Assembly: GCA_023920165.1 (NCBI GenBank)
Contig: CP089279.1
Location: 2,728,001 to 2,792,000, forward strand
Reading direction: 5' to 3'
DNA length: 64,000 nt
Origin: Curvularia clavata
Lineage: Eukaryota
The translations under genes were made by a program, and so were the position numbers. Below, in pieces: positions 61,884 through 64,000 of this stretch. The notes under the pieces are model-generated. The model ran no database searches. It saw only the letters and a list, made by a program, of their open reading frames with translations, and was not told the DNA's origin. The first letter of the stretch is position 1. Every line of letters begins with the position of its first letter.

Positions 61884-63737
61884 ATGAACATCTTTATCTA
61901 CGAACCAATCGATCTCGAGCGTCCCGCGTTCCGACTTCTACAGTTGCTACGAGGCAAAGGGCCGGCTATCGAGTGTATGCTGTATCAGGCCTACCTCGAT
62001 GGTACCGACACTGTCCCGTATGATGCTTTGTCGTATACTTGGGGCGGCACGGACAAGACTTCTACTGTAATAGTCAATGGGAAGACATTTGATGTTACTG
62101 AAAACCTACACTCAGCCCTTCAACATCTTCGCTCGGAAGATATAGACAGAGTACTCTGGGTTGATGCTATTTGTATCGATCAAGACAACGAAAGGGAGCG
62201 AGGACATCAAGTTCAACAGATGTGCAAGATCTATTCGCAAGCGGAGGAGGTGATTGTCTGGTTGGGCCAAGCAACGGAGGAAACCGATATCCTTATGGAC
62301 TCTCTTCGGCGACTGGAAGAACATGGTTTAATGTATGGGCATAGATACTGGGACCTGGCACAGTGGACCACATCCTGGCTATCAGATCTTCGAGGTCTAG
62401 GTTTTGAGCCATACAAAGGCCTAGATCTGATCTTAAGGAGACCGTGGTTTAGAAGAGTCTGGATCTTGCAGGAAATAGCCAATGCGAAGAAAGCAAGTGT
62501 TTGGTGTGGCACCAAGTCTGTCAGAGCACATAACTTTGCCCTTGCTCCGTCGCTCATAGGCATCAAACCAGAACGTCATTGTCAAGCTGTCTTGGACATC
62601 ATGCCTGGCCGCTTACGAGAAGAGTCCTGGTGGAGCGAGAACAGAGACCTGTACAACCTCTTGCTGAAGTTCAGCGAGAGCGAAGCGAGTGATCCACGCG
62701 ACAAAGTCTACGCCTTACTGGGAATATCTTCTGACACTTGGAGCGCTAATAGTCTGCGTCCAGACTATACGAAAGGTCTTCAGGAAGTCATCCGTGATAC
62801 TTCTTTGTTCTTATTTGGACCATCAGATGTTTCCTACGAGACAATGCCAGAGCTCTTAGAGGACCTTACCTCTCGAAATGCTACATCTTTCTTAGAGGTT
62901 GTAAGAACATCTGATATAAGAGGAGTAGAACATTTCCTGGTGCGGCGAGGACTTGAGGTACCACTGTCAGAGGATATGATCAAATGCGCTGTAGAAAACG
63001 AAAAAAGTGGGATCGATATCTTGCGTCTTTTTCTCCAAAAACGCAGAGGTGAAGTCGAGGTAACAGAAGCAGTGGTCAAAGCCGCCGGAAAAAATGTGAA
63101 AAGCGGGAAGGACATCATAATCCTTCTTCTTCAACAATGCGACAACGAAGTTCAGATGATAAAAAGGTTTATCAACGCGCTCCAGGCGACTTCAGTCGGA
63201 GGCTCCGAGGCGGTAGTGAAACTGCTGCTCGACAAGGACAACGCCAAGGGTAGAATTTTCGCCAGCGCACTTTACGCGGCTGAAGCTGGAGGCCACAAGA
63301 CGGCGGTGAAGCTGCTACTCATCTATAGCGCCGACGCTAACACGAAGAGTGGACTATACAGCGACGCACTCTATAAGGCTTCAGCTAGAGGCCACGAGGC
63401 AGTGGTGAAGCTGCTACTCGACAATGGCGCTGAGGTCAACGCGAAAGATAGATGGTACAGCGACGCACTCTATAAGGCTTCAGCTAGAGGCCACGAGGCA
63501 GTGGTGAAGCTACTGCTCGACAAGGGTGCCGACGCTAACACGAAGGGTGGACTATACGGCAACGCACTCTATGCGGCTTCAGCTAGAGGCCACGGGGCAG
63601 TGGTGAAGCTGCTACTCGACAATGGCGCTGAGGTCGACGCGAAAGATGGATGGTACGGCAACGCACTCCAGGCAGCTTTAGCTGGAGGCCACAAGGCGGT
63701 GGTGACGCTGCTGCGCGACAAAGGTGTCGTCATGTAA
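61884..63737 (+). CDS. HET domain + ankyrin-repeat protein
   Basis: YDALSYTWG, LWVDAICIDQ, WFRRVWILQE and DPRDKVYALLG, then EVTEAVVKAA-type helical repeats and C-terminal ankyrin units ALYxASARGHEAVVKLLLDxGA. Confidence 0.92.
   Translation: MNIFIYEPIDLERPAFRLLQLLRGKGPAIECMLYQAYLDGTDTVPYDALSYTWGGTDKTSTVIVNGKTFDVTENLHSALQHLRSEDIDRVLWVDAICIDQDNERERGHQVQQMCKIYSQAEEVIVWLGQATEETDILMDSLRRLEEHGLMYGHRYWDLAQWTTSWLSDLRGLGFEPYKGLDLILRRPWFRRVWILQEIANAKKASVWCGTKSVRAHNFALAPSLIGIKPERHCQAVLDIMPGRLREESWWSENRDLYNLLLKFSESEASDPRDKVYALLGISSDTWSANSLRPDYTKGLQEVIRDTSLFLFGPSDVSYETMPELLEDLTSRNATSFLEVVRTSDIRGVEHFLVRRGLEVPLSEDMIKCAVENEKSGIDILRLFLQKRRGEVEVTEAVVKAAGKNVKSGKDIIILLLQQCDNEVQMIKRFINALQATSVGGSEAVVKLLLDKDNAKGRIFASALYAAEAGGHKTAVKLLLIYSADANTKSGLYSDALYKASARGHEAVVKLLLDNGAEVNAKDRWYSDALYKASARGHEAVVKLLLDKGADANTKGGLYGNALYAASARGHGAVVKLLLDNGAEVDAKDGWYGNALQAALAGGHKAVVTLLRDKGVVM
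63258..63720 (+). repeat. Tandem 99-bp ankyrin-coding repeats with 198-bp higher-order period
   Basis: Near-identical units start at 63357 and 63456. A 30-nt segment at 63330 recurs at 63528 with one mismatch. Confidence 0.9.
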
Positions 63738-64000
63738 TGATAGAGCACGGAAGGTTTCCTAAAGACAAGAACTATTGTGATATATTATGCATACTCCTCC
63801 TTTTAAGATCAGGCGGCTTGTGAAGCTAATTAAGGTTGCGGTTTTGATGCTAGGTGTGTTCATTAACATAAGCTATACGCTGAGGCCTTCCTACCTAGCC
63901 CTATTACTAACTGAATCCGAGCCGGTTTTCAAATCTCCTAGCACGCTTGGTAAACGCGCCATATAGCCACACAGGCATAGGTCTAGCATTAGCAGCGATA

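Overview
Intron-containing genomic DNA of a filamentous ascomycete. Gene content and style suggest a Dothideomycete, which is inference only. About 21 protein-coding loci are supported. Housekeeping-type genes include a HOL1-like MFS transporter, an SHB17-like phosphatase, an NAA50-like GNAT, MIC19, a Clg1/Pcl5-type cyclin, DDP1, ATE1, TSC13 and a Ppo dioxygenase-P450 fusion. The window also holds a RID/Masc1 cytosine methyltransferase and a proline dehydrogenase next to a P5C reductase. Two accessory-looking tracts are rich in cell-death/non-self genes. The first (~36.3-47.9 kb) has a disrupted HeLo-like + pseudokinase gene with MLKL-like architecture, a NACHT/NLR relic, an orphan P450 and a HET gene. 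The second (~60.7-64 kb) has a HET-ankyrin gene with near-identical repeats in TpA-rich flanks. The best candidate novelties are peptide-like uORFs in a ~1.2 kb AUG-depleted cyclin leader, the MLKL-like gene, a zinc-finger protein with a catalytically dead DEDDh domain, SIM-like repeats on RID, and a compensated frameshift plus a microsatellite-filled intron in the P5C reductase. No rRNA, tRNA, CRISPR array or intact transposon was recognised. Exon boundaries were read by eye and family calls rest on recalled motifs, not database searches.
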